Source: an uncultured Eubacteriales bacterium
GTDB taxonomy: Bacteria > Bacillota > Clostridia > TANB77 > RGIG9151
Length of the DNA stretch: 9,571 bases
Reading direction: 5' to 3'
NCBI GenBank assembly: GCA_964478905.1
Contig: CAYZJZ010000015.1
Span: 1 to 9,571 of the forward strand
This document shows positions 1 through 7,300 of this stretch, piece after piece. Positions within the stretch are counted from its first letter, which is position 1, and every line of letters starts with the position of its first letter. The notes under the pieces were generated by a model. It was not told where the DNA came from. It made no database searches and saw nothing but the letters and a program-made list of their open reading frames with translations. The position numbers and the translations under genes were made by a program.

Positions 1-2
1 AT

Positions 3-2594
3 CTACAACTGTTCCTTTAATTTATATAAAATATTTAACGCATCAATTGGCGTAACTCCATTTAAATCAAGTTTCTCAAGCTCAGTCGCAATTTTAGTTC
101 CTTTATAATTAAACATATCAACTTGACCTACAACAGCATTAGATTTTTTGATATCTTTAGTATGTCTCTTGCTAATATCCGCATCTTCCAACTGCTTTAA
201 TACTTCTTTTGCACGATTTACAACCGCAAAAGGTACTCCTGCAAGCTTAGCAACGTGAACACCATAACTTCCATCAGCTCCTCCACGAATAATCTTTCTA
301 AGGAAAATTACATCATCGCCCTTCTCCTTAACAGAAATGCAATAGTTCTTAACACCTGTAATCTTATTCTCAAGTTCAGTAAGCTCATGATAATGAGTAG
401 CAAACAAAGTTCGAGATTTTAATTTCTCGCTGATATGCTCAACAACAGCCCAAGCAATACTAAGTCCGTCAAAAGTACTTGTTCCACGCCCAATTTCGTC
501 CAAAATAACCAAACTTCTACTCGTCGCATTATTCAAAATGTTAGCAACTTCCGTCATTTCTACCATAAAAGTAGATTGTCCCATAGCCAAATCATCAGAC
601 GCACCAACTCTTGTAAAAATCTTATCAGCAACACCGATTCTCGCAAAACTTGCCGGCACAAAGCTTCCTATTTGGGCAAGTAACACAATTAACGCAACTT
701 GACGCATATATGTGGACTTACCGGCCATATTAGGACCTGTCAATATATCTATTTCATTTTCCTCAAAATCCAAAAACGTATCGTTTGGAACAAATTCACC
801 AGCAGATAAGCATTTCTCAACAACAGGATGCCTTCCATCTTTAATTTCAATTATACCGGAATTATCAACGATAGGTTTTACATATCCATTTTTCTCAGCG
901 GTCTGAGCAAGAGCCGTTAATGTATCAATTTGTGCAATAATAGAGGCAATTCTTTGCAATTTTTCAACTTGAGCTGCAACATATTCCCTAACTCTACAAA
1001 ACAATTCATATTCTAAAATTACAATTTTTTCTTCTGCTCCTAAAATAGTTTCTTCTATCTTTTTTAATTCATCAGTAATGTATCTTTCTTTATCTGTCAA
1101 AGTTTGCTTTCTTATGTATGTATCCGGTACTAAATCAAAATATGACTTAGTTACTTCTATATAATATCCAAACACTTTATTAAAACTTACTTTCAAATTC
1201 TTTATTCCGGTTTTCTCACGCTCTCTTGCCTCTATCTCAGCAATTATCGATTTACCGTTAGTTCCGGCATACCTAAGGCTATCTACTTCTTCGTTATACC
1301 CGGTTTTAATTATATTTCCTTCTTTTGTAGTAATTGGCGGCTCATCAACAATAGCCTTTTCTATAATATCCACAACATCTTCCGCTAACTCTAAGTTATC
1401 ATTTAATTCCCTTAAAAGAGGATTATCAAATTTAGCCAAAATCTCTTTTACTTCCGGTAATCTCTTTAACGAAAGCTTTAACGCAACCATGTCTCTACCA
1501 TTAGCACTACCATATACAATACGTCCACTAAGACGCTCTATATCATAAATTTTATTCAATTTTTCAATTACATCAGAACGTAAAATAGGATCATTCTTTA
1601 AAACCTCAACCGCATCGTGCCTTTTGGTAATCTTATCTACATCAATAAGAGGTCTCTCAAGCCAACTATGTAACATTCTTGCACCCATAGCAGTATTTGT
1701 ATTATCTACTACCCAAAGTAGAGTACCACGTCTAGCTTTATCCCTCATAGTTTCAGTAATCTCAAGATTACGACGTGTCGCTATATCTATACTCATATAC
1801 TTCTCGGACTCATATACCTCTAAATTATTTATATGTTCCAAATTAGCCTTTTGAATTTCTGATAAATATCTAAATAAAGCTCCTGTTGCAATATATGCAA
1901 GAGAAAATCTTTCCTTGTTTTCAGTAAAATTATCAATATGTTTCTTTATTAAATTAATAGCGTCTCCTCTGTCAAAAAAACTATCTTCAGCCATAGAAGT
2001 AAAACTACTAAATCTTTTTCTAATCGTTCCTATCTCATTTTCCTCATAAAACAAAGCAGAATTTACAACAATCTCAGACGGCTTTATTCTTGCCATCTCA
2101 TCGATTAAACTCATAAAACTTCCGCCACCTAAAAACTCAGTACAAGAAATTTCACCGGTAGTAACATCCGCACTTGCCAATCCAAAATTAATTCCCAATT
2201 TATATATAGCACAAATATAGTTATTATTCTTTTCATCAAGCATTATGCTTTCCATAACCGTACCCGGAGTAACAACCCTAATTATTTCTCTTTTTACCAA
2301 CCCTTTAGCCAATCTTGGGTCTTCCATTTGTTCACAAATAGCAACCTTATATCCCTTTTTAACCAAACGTGAAATATATGTCTCAGCAGCATGATAAGGA
2401 ATTCCGCACATCGGCGCTCTTTCCTCTTGACCACAATCTCTCCCGGTTAATGTAAGCTCAAGTTCACGCGATACCAAAACCGCATCATCAAAAAACATTT
2501 CATAAAAATCTCCCAGACGGAAAAATAAAATAGAATCCTTATTTTCCTCTTTCATCTGTAAATATTGCTTCATCATTGGCGTCATTTCTGCCAT
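3..2594 (-). CDS. mutS: DNA mismatch repair protein MutS (MutS1 type), complete, 863 aa
   Basis: Full-length ORF. N-terminal mismatch-recognition motif GDFYE (FFRLGDFYEMF). Walker A TGPNMAGKST encoded at 711-740. DEIGRGTSTFDG motif present. Length is typical of Firmicutes MutS. TAG stop at 3-5, ATG at 2592-2594. Confidence 0.97.
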   Translation of the reverse strand: MAEMTPMMKQYLQMKEENKDSILFFRLGDFYEMFFDDAVLVSRELELTLTGRDCGQEERAPMCGIPYHAAETYISRLVKKGYKVAICEQMEDPRLAKGLVKREIIRVVTPGTVMESIMLDEKNNNYICAIYKLGINFGLASADVTTGEISCTEFLGGGSFMSLIDEMARIKPSEIVVNSALFYEENEIGTIRKRFSSFTSMAEDSFFDRGDAINLIKKHIDNFTENKERFSLAYIATGALFRYLSEIQKANLEHINNLEVYESEKYMSIDIATRRNLEITETMRDKARRGTLLWVVDNTNTAMGARMLHSWLERPLIDVDKITKRHDAVEVLKNDPILRSDVIEKLNKIYDIERLSGRIVYGSANGRDMVALKLSLKRLPEVKEILAKFDNPLLRELNDNLELAEDVVDIIEKAIVDEPPITTKEGNIIKTGYNEEVDSLRYAGTNGKSIIAEIEAREREKTGIKNLKVSFNKVFGYYIEVTKSYFDLVPDTYIRKQTLTDKERYITDELKKIEETILGAEEKIVILEYELFCRVREYVAAQVEKLQRIASIIAQIDTLTALAQTAEKNGYVKPIVDNSGIIEIKDGRHPVVEKCLSAGEFVPNDTFLDFEENEIDILTGPNMAGKSTYMRQVALIVLLAQIGSFVPASFARIGVADKIFTRVGASDDLAMGQSTFMVEMTEVANILNNATSRSLVILDEIGRGTSTFDGLSIAWAVVEHISEKLKSRTLFATHYHELTELENKITGVKNYCISVKEKGDDVIFLRKIIRGGADGSYGVHVAKLAGVPFAVVNRAKEVLKQLEDADISKRHTKDIKKSNAVVGQVDMFNYKGTKIATELEKLDLNGVTPIDALNILYKLKEQL

Positions 2595-2605
2595 TCTCTT
2601 TCAAT

Positions 2606-2610
2606 CTCCT
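2606..2610 (-). promoter_or_regulatory. Probable Shine-Dalgarno (AGGAG) for mutS
   Basis: Minus-strand ATAGGAGATTGAAAGAGA precedes the ATG. The 11-nt spacer is rather long. The purine-rich GAAAGAGA lies closer to the ATG. Confidence 0.5.
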
Positions 2611-2618
2611 ATTCTAGC

Positions 2619-4418
2619 CTACCTACATCTACTCTCTTTGGCTCTTTGCTTTATTTTAGGGAGTTCATCATTTAGTAGCTGTATCTTCTCGGCATTATCT
2701 TTTAGTCCACGAATATATTCTTTATACTTTCCTTGTTCAGCCTCCGTTTCAGGATATTTTTTCTTCTTAATACCACTTCCTATACATTCCTTTAAAAAAC
2801 CGCTCTTATCCATTTCAAGAAGAACTAGTAATTTATTTACCTCAGGTATTGTCAAAAATTCATTAAAATAATCTTTTCCGCTGTCACGTGTTAAAATCTT
2901 AGCAATTTTTAAAATCTGTACAATTTTTGTGACTTCTTCATTTCCAAATTCTTGTTTTTTCCCTTCTTCTACTGTTTTATTCTTCATAAACCCTTCAAAT
3001 CGGTTAAAATATAAAGCATCAATTACTTCGTCTATATCGCTTTCTTCACTAAACGCTCTTTTCTCATAATCATTCTCATTTTCAAACGCATCATAAATAC
3101 TAATCAAAGAATTAGCAAAAAGACTTCTTCTTTTCTTAATTTCAGGGCTTAAATTTTCTCTTGTTCCTCTTATATGTCCACCCTCTCTAAGTAACTTTTC
3201 CGAAATTTTATTAAATGTACAACCATTTTGAAATCTTACTATCGCGTTAATCTGGGATTTTAATTCTTGCTCTACTAAGCTTTCATCTTCAAGTAACATC
3301 TGTTGCATATTCATTTCCTTTGCAAATCTTATATAATCCATTTTATCTTCAGCTTTTTCATTAAAATACTGTTCCATTTTAGTTAAGTACTCTACTAAAT
3401 TCCCTGTTCCAAACTTACCTGAAATTCTTTTATAATCTTCTTCAGTAGCTTTAGAAATAAGTGGTCCTATAATCTCAAAATAAAAATTAGTACAATCTGA
3501 ATATTCTTGCTGTAAAAGAAAAACATTCTCTATTTTCTTATCTAGCGAAGAATATTTATAAACAATATTTCTGCCGTCAGTTATCATTTGTTCAAAAATT
3601 TGCTCTAAATCTTTTCTTTGTCCTTTCTCATCATATACCTTTTGGAGAACGGGATAATTATACAAAGTATCAGGATAACGTTTTATATATAAATCACACA
3701 TTGTTCTAAAGAACTTGTCTCTAGGTTCTAGCTTACCTGTTCTATATACTTTACCAATTTTTGAATTAGTTAAACTAACCGCATCGCTGATTTGGTTAGT
3801 TTCTTTTAGCTTTTGTATTATATCATCGGGAATATTACCTGTAAGGAAATCTGACATATTAAATCTGCCCCATATATCCGCATATGTTTCTGAAGTCAAC
3901 CTATCATAATTAAAATTATAAAAAGTTTCATCATTTGCTAATTTTACAACCATCTCATATGCCAATTCTAAAACATCAGGTCTTAATCGGCTTCGCCTAA
4001 CAAAAATATTTTGCTTAGAATGTTCAATTTCGTGATAAACAGTGAGTAGCATATTACTTAGTCCGTCAATTCTTCTTTTCATATCATCCGACTTAAAATA
4101 TTCTTGATAAAAATATTCAATATTAACCCAAATAGCAACATCTTTAGTTATATCCTCAGCTTCGCTTGAATATCCAAGCAAAGTTTCCTCTTCACTATTG
4201 TTTCTACTAAAGCTATGCTCATCAAACTCTAAATTAATTCTATATGCCTTACATTCAAGTTCTGCTAATTCTTTTATTCCACTTTTTAACCTATTAAAGT
4301 CATTATCTTCTAACGGTCTTTTAGTTAAAATGTCCGTAAAACTTCCAACGATTTCTCTTTGCTTTCTTTCTTGCTCTTTGATACTAACGTATTCCACTAA
4401 CTTTATCCTCCGCTCCAT
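2619..4418 (-). CDS. Hypothetical 599-aa protein with an N-terminal gluzincin-like zinc-metallopeptidase signature (HEIEH ... ETYAD); family not recognised
   Basis: Uninterrupted 600-codon frame with protein-like composition. It starts 5 nt after the miaB stop and ends 24 nt before the mutS start. HEIEH is residues 129-133, ETYAD residues 177-181. No signal peptide or TM-length hydrophobic stretch. TAG stop at 2619-2621. The start is ambiguous: ATG 4418 has no SD, while GTG 4397 has GGAGG 9 nt upstream. Confidence 0.85.
   Translation of the reverse strand: MERRIKLVEYVSIKEQERKQREIVGSFTDILTKRPLEDNDFNRLKSGIKELAELECKAYRINLEFDEHSFSRNNSEEETLLGYSSEAEDITKDVAIWVNIEYFYQEYFKSDDMKRRIDGLSNMLLTVYHEIEHSKQNIFVRRSRLRPDVLELAYEMVVKLANDETFYNFNYDRLTSETYADIWGRFNMSDFLTGNIPDDIIQKLKETNQISDAVSLTNSKIGKVYRTGKLEPRDKFFRTMCDLYIKRYPDTLYNYPVLQKVYDEKGQRKDLEQIFEQMITDGRNIVYKYSSLDKKIENVFLLQQEYSDCTNFYFEIIGPLISKATEEDYKRISGKFGTGNLVEYLTKMEQYFNEKAEDKMDYIRFAKEMNMQQMLLEDESLVEQELKSQINAIVRFQNGCTFNKISEKLLREGGHIRGTRENLSPEIKKRRSLFANSLISIYDAFENENDYEKRAFSEESDIDEVIDALYFNRFEGFMKNKTVEEGKKQEFGNEEVTKIVQILKIAKILTRDSGKDYFNEFLTIPEVNKLLVLLEMDKSGFLKECIGSGIKKKKYPETEAEQGKYKEYIRGLKDNAEKIQLLNDELPKIKQRAKESRCR
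3876..3890 (-). other. ExxxD motif (ETYAD, residues 177-181), candidate third zinc ligand of the 599-aa ORF
   Basis: Reverse complement of 3876-3890 is GAAACATATGCGGAT, which translates to E T Y A D in frame, 44 residues after HEIEH. It resembles the gluzincin ExxxD motif (neprilysin ENIAD, thermolysin EAISD). The functional role is inferred. Confidence 0.4.
4020..4034 (-). other. HExxH motif (HEIEH, residues 129-133) of the 599-aa ORF
   Basis: Reverse complement of 4020-4034 is CACGAAATTGAACAT, which translates to H E I E H in frame. Context is LLTVYHEIEHSKQN. The motif is certainly present; a catalytic role is inferred. Confidence 0.5.
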
Positions 4419-4423
4419 TTAAG

Positions 4424-5827
4424 TTATTGAACTTTTAATTTCCCCGTTAAATACCACTTTCTCTGCTCCGTAATTTCTAAATCTATCATATTACCAATAA
4501 GCTCGTCCACTCCTTCAAAATTAACAACTTTTCCGCCATCAGTTCTTCCGGTTAACGTATTCTCATTAGTCTTACTATGACCTTCAACTAAAACTTTTTG
4601 AACTGTTCCTACTAACTTAGCATTTTCCTCTTCCAAAATTTCATTAACAACATTTATAAGTCTTCCTATACGCTCAGTCTTTACTTTCTCATCAACTTGG
4701 TCTTCTCTACTAGCAGCCGGAGTTCCCTCACGCTTGGAATAAACAAACGTAAATGCCGAATAATACCTAACTTTTTTTACAACATCCATAGTATCTAAGA
4801 AATCTTCTTCAGTCTCTCCTGGAAATCCAACAATTATATCAGTCGTAAACAAAACATCCGGTATTTTACTTCTAATTTTATCAACTAACGCTAAGTACTG
4901 TTCCTTAGTATATTTTCTGTTCATTCTATTTAAGATACTGCTACTACCTGACTGCAACGGCAAGTGAAGACATCTTGAAATCTTAGGCTCTCTTGCAATT
5001 AAATCAATCAATTCATCAGAAAAATCCTTAGGATGAGGACTAATAAACCTTATACGCTCTATTCCTTCAACTTTGCAAACTTCCTCAAGTAATTTTGCAA
5101 AAGATACAGGAGTTGTCAAGTCCTTACCGTACGAATTAACATTTTGTCCTAGCAAAGTAATTTCTTTATAACCATCCTTTGCTAACTGATTAACCTCTTT
5201 TATAATATTTTCAGGTTCTCTGCTTCTCTCTCTACCTCTAACATATGGAACAATACAATAAGAACAAAAATTATTGCAACCATACATAATAGTAACAGAC
5301 GCTTTAATACTACTCTCTCTCTTTATAGGCATATCCTCAGCAATTGTGCCATCAATATCCCATATCTCAATAACCTTTTTTTCTTCTGTTATCGACTTAT
5401 ACAAAAGTTCCGGAAACTGATATAAGTTATGAGTACCAAAAATTATATCCAAATGCTGACCATAAGTTTTATTAAACTTTTCAACCATATGTGGCTCTTG
5501 AGCCATACAACCGCCAAGTGCAATAACCATATCCGGTTTACTACGCTTTAGAGCCTTAAAATAACCAAGTTGTCCTAAAATCTTATCCTCAGCATTTTCT
5601 CTAACACAACAAGTATTAAAAATAACTAAATCTGCTTCTTCAAAAGACTCAGTCGAAACATATCCCATTTTTTCAACCATACCAGAAATTTTTTCTGATT
5701 CATTCTCGTTTAATTGGCACCCCATAGTAAAAAGATGATACTTTTTACCATTAACCAAACAAGATAATTTTTCAATATATTTATTTTGTTCCTCAATTTC
5801 CTCAGAACTTAACACACGAATTGCCAT
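4424..5827 (-). CDS. miaB: tRNA-2-methylthio-N6-dimethylallyladenosine synthase MiaB (radical-SAM methylthiotransferase), 467 aa
   Basis: N-terminal UPF0004-type cysteines (FTMGCQ, NTCCVRE, GGCMAQ). Radical-SAM CxxxCxxC motif CNNFCSYC encoded at 5255-5278. GFPGETEEDF motif and a C-terminal TRAM-like region are present. Position next to mutS is typical of miaB (B. subtilis ymcB). TAA stop at 4424-4426. The methylthiotransferase family call is near certain; the MiaB subtype is slightly less so. Confidence 0.9.
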   Translation of the reverse strand: MAIRVLSSEEIEEQNKYIEKLSCLVNGKKYHLFTMGCQLNENESEKISGMVEKMGYVSTESFEEADLVIFNTCCVRENAEDKILGQLGYFKALKRSKPDMVIALGGCMAQEPHMVEKFNKTYGQHLDIIFGTHNLYQFPELLYKSITEEKKVIEIWDIDGTIAEDMPIKRESSIKASVTIMYGCNNFCSYCIVPYVRGRERSREPENIIKEVNQLAKDGYKEITLLGQNVNSYGKDLTTPVSFAKLLEEVCKVEGIERIRFISPHPKDFSDELIDLIAREPKISRCLHLPLQSGSSSILNRMNRKYTKEQYLALVDKIRSKIPDVLFTTDIIVGFPGETEEDFLDTMDVVKKVRYYSAFTFVYSKREGTPAASREDQVDEKVKTERIGRLINVVNEILEEENAKLVGTVQKVLVEGHSKTNENTLTGRTDGGKVVNFEGVDELIGNMIDLEITEQRKWYLTGKLKVQ

Positions 5828-5832
5828 ATTTA

Positions 5833-5840
5833 CACCCTTT
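5833..5840 (-). promoter_or_regulatory. Probable Shine-Dalgarno (AAAGGGTG) for miaB
   Basis: Minus-strand AAAGGGTGTAAAT precedes ATG 5827. The GGG core is 7 nt from the ATG. Confidence 0.55.
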
Positions 5841-5860
5841 CAACTCAAAACAAAATTTCC

Positions 5861-7288
5861 CTATTTTAACTTTTCTAAAATGATTTTATTAATAATTTGC
5901 GGATTAGCTTTACCACGACTCTCCTTCATAACTTGTCCAACTAAAAATCCAACAACATTAGTTTTTCCACGTTTATAGTCTTCTATTGACTGAGGATTAT
6001 TCGCAATAACTTTATCTACCATCTCTAAAATTGCAGACTCATCACTAACTTGTGCTAAACCTTTTTCAGCAATAATATCTTTTACAGACTTACCGGTAGC
6101 CAAAATTTCTTCAAAAACAGTCTTTCCTGCAGTATTACTAATAGTACCTTTCGTTATCTCACTTAATAATTCAGAAAGAACTTGAGGCGTAATTTCAATC
6201 TCATTAATAGAAATCTCTCTTTCATTTAAAACTTTAGAAATATCACCTAAAATCCAGTTACTAGCAGTCTTTGGGACAGCTCCAAAAGAAACAGTCTTAT
6301 CAAAATATTCAGACAAATCACGATTAGACGAAATAAGCTCAGCATCATATTCTGTTAATTTATATTCAGATAAGTATTTTGCTTTCTTTACATCCGGAAG
6401 TTCCGGCAAATTCTTCTTAATTTCCTCAATGTATTCCTTTGTTAAAACAATCGGTACAAGATCCGGCTCAGGAAAATACCTATAATCTTGGGCGTTTTCC
6501 TTAGTCCTCATAACAACACTTTCGCCCTTATCTTCATCCCAACGTCTAGTCTCTTGATGTATCTCTCCTCCATTTTGGACAACTTCAATTTGTCTCTTAA
6601 TTTCAGTATCAATAGCATGTCCGGTAGCACTAAACGAACTAATATTTTTCATCTCAGTTCTCATTCCGAACTTATCTGAACCCTTTGGCATAATAGAAAC
6701 ATTTACATCCCAACGAAGTGAACCTTCTTGCATCTTACAATCAGATACTTGTATGTACTTTAAGATAGTTCTGATTTTTTCAAGTAAAGCTTTAGCTTCT
6801 TCAGAACTTCTCATATCCGGCTCAGTTACAATTTCAATCAACGGTACACCACATCTGTTCATATCAACTAATGTGCCGTTTCCCCAAGCATTATGAAGTA
6901 ATTTGCCGGCATCATCTTCAATATGTATTCTTGTAATACCAATACGCTTAGTTGCTCCATTTACCTCAATATCTAAGTAACCATTCTTACAAATCGGCAA
7001 ATCATACTGAGAAATTTGGTAATTTCTTGGCGTATCAGGATAAAAATAATTCTTTCTATCCATTTTACTAAACAAAGAAATTTCACAGTTCATAGCCAGT
7101 CCCGCTTTAACAGCATACTCAACCACTTTTTTATTAAGTATAGGCAATGTACCGGGCATACCCGAACAAATCGGGCAACAATGTGTATTAACATCTCCAC
7201 CAAACTCAGTAGTACAACCACAAAAAATCTTAGTCTTTGTAGCCAACTCTGAATGTATCTCTAACCCTATAACACTCTCAAATTCCAT
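5861..7288 (-). CDS. gatB: Aspartyl/glutamyl-tRNA(Asn/Gln) amidotransferase subunit B, 475 aa (start revised from the ORF-track 7321)
   Basis: MEFESVIGLEIHSEL... is the canonical GatB N-terminus. ATG at 7286-7288 is preceded by AGGAG with a 7-nt spacer. The track start at 7321 would add 11 residues and overlap gatA by 23 nt with no RBS. A C-terminal YqeY-like tail is present. TAG stop at 5861-5863. Confidence 0.95.
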   Translation of the reverse strand: MEFESVIGLEIHSELATKTKIFCGCTTEFGGDVNTHCCPICSGMPGTLPILNKKVVEYAVKAGLAMNCEISLFSKMDRKNYFYPDTPRNYQISQYDLPICKNGYLDIEVNGATKRIGITRIHIEDDAGKLLHNAWGNGTLVDMNRCGVPLIEIVTEPDMRSSEEAKALLEKIRTILKYIQVSDCKMQEGSLRWDVNVSIMPKGSDKFGMRTEMKNISSFSATGHAIDTEIKRQIEVVQNGGEIHQETRRWDEDKGESVVMRTKENAQDYRYFPEPDLVPIVLTKEYIEEIKKNLPELPDVKKAKYLSEYKLTEYDAELISSNRDLSEYFDKTVSFGAVPKTASNWILGDISKVLNEREISINEIEITPQVLSELLSEITKGTISNTAGKTVFEEILATGKSVKDIIAEKGLAQVSDESAILEMVDKVIANNPQSIEDYKRGKTNVVGFLVGQVMKESRGKANPQIINKIILEKLK

Positions 7289-7295
7289 AATCTCA

Positions 7296-7300
7296 CTCCT
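7296..7300 (-). promoter_or_regulatory. Shine-Dalgarno (AGGAG) for gatB, overlapping the gatA stop codon
   Basis: Minus-strand GAAGAGTAGGAGTGAGATTATG. The gatA TAG (7299-7301) overlaps AGGAG (7296-7300), and a 7-nt spacer leads to ATG 7288. Confidence 0.75.

Noticed and set aside
435-1854. Plus-strand ORFs 435-683, 712-906 and 1624-1854 (64-82 aa) inside mutS
   Set aside because: They are entirely antisense to a confidently identified gene. Their composition is S/I/L/F/N-rich and low-complexity, as expected for shadow frames of AT-rich coding DNA. No RBS is visible.
2619-4418. The 599-aa ORF as an M3 oligoendopeptidase F (PepF), which has similar length and is cytoplasmic, or as a CotE/RicA equivalent given the B. 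subtilis synteny
   Set aside because: As I recall, PepF-type enzymes carry HExxH in the C-terminal half, around residue 380-390, usually as HEFGH. Here the motif is at residue 129. CotE (~180 aa) and RicA (~140 aa) are much smaller, lack HExxH, and show no resemblance that I can see.
2638-4422. Plus-strand ORFs 2638-2871, 3715-3909 and 4198-4422 antisense to the 599-aa ORF
   Set aside because: They are short shadow frames with S/L/F/I-rich low-complexity products. The minus-strand frame is open for 600 codons, which is far more improbable by chance in AT-rich DNA.
2595-4423. Insertion scars (direct or inverted repeats, att-like sites, integrase or transposase remnants) flanking the unknown ORF
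   Set aside because: The flanks are only 24 nt and 5 nt, share no repeat that I can find, and no mobility gene is present. Any acquisition is not visibly recent.
6488-7252. Plus-strand ORFs 6488-6679 and 7016-7252 inside gatB
   Set aside because: They are antisense shadows of a conserved gene, with no RBS and low-complexity products.
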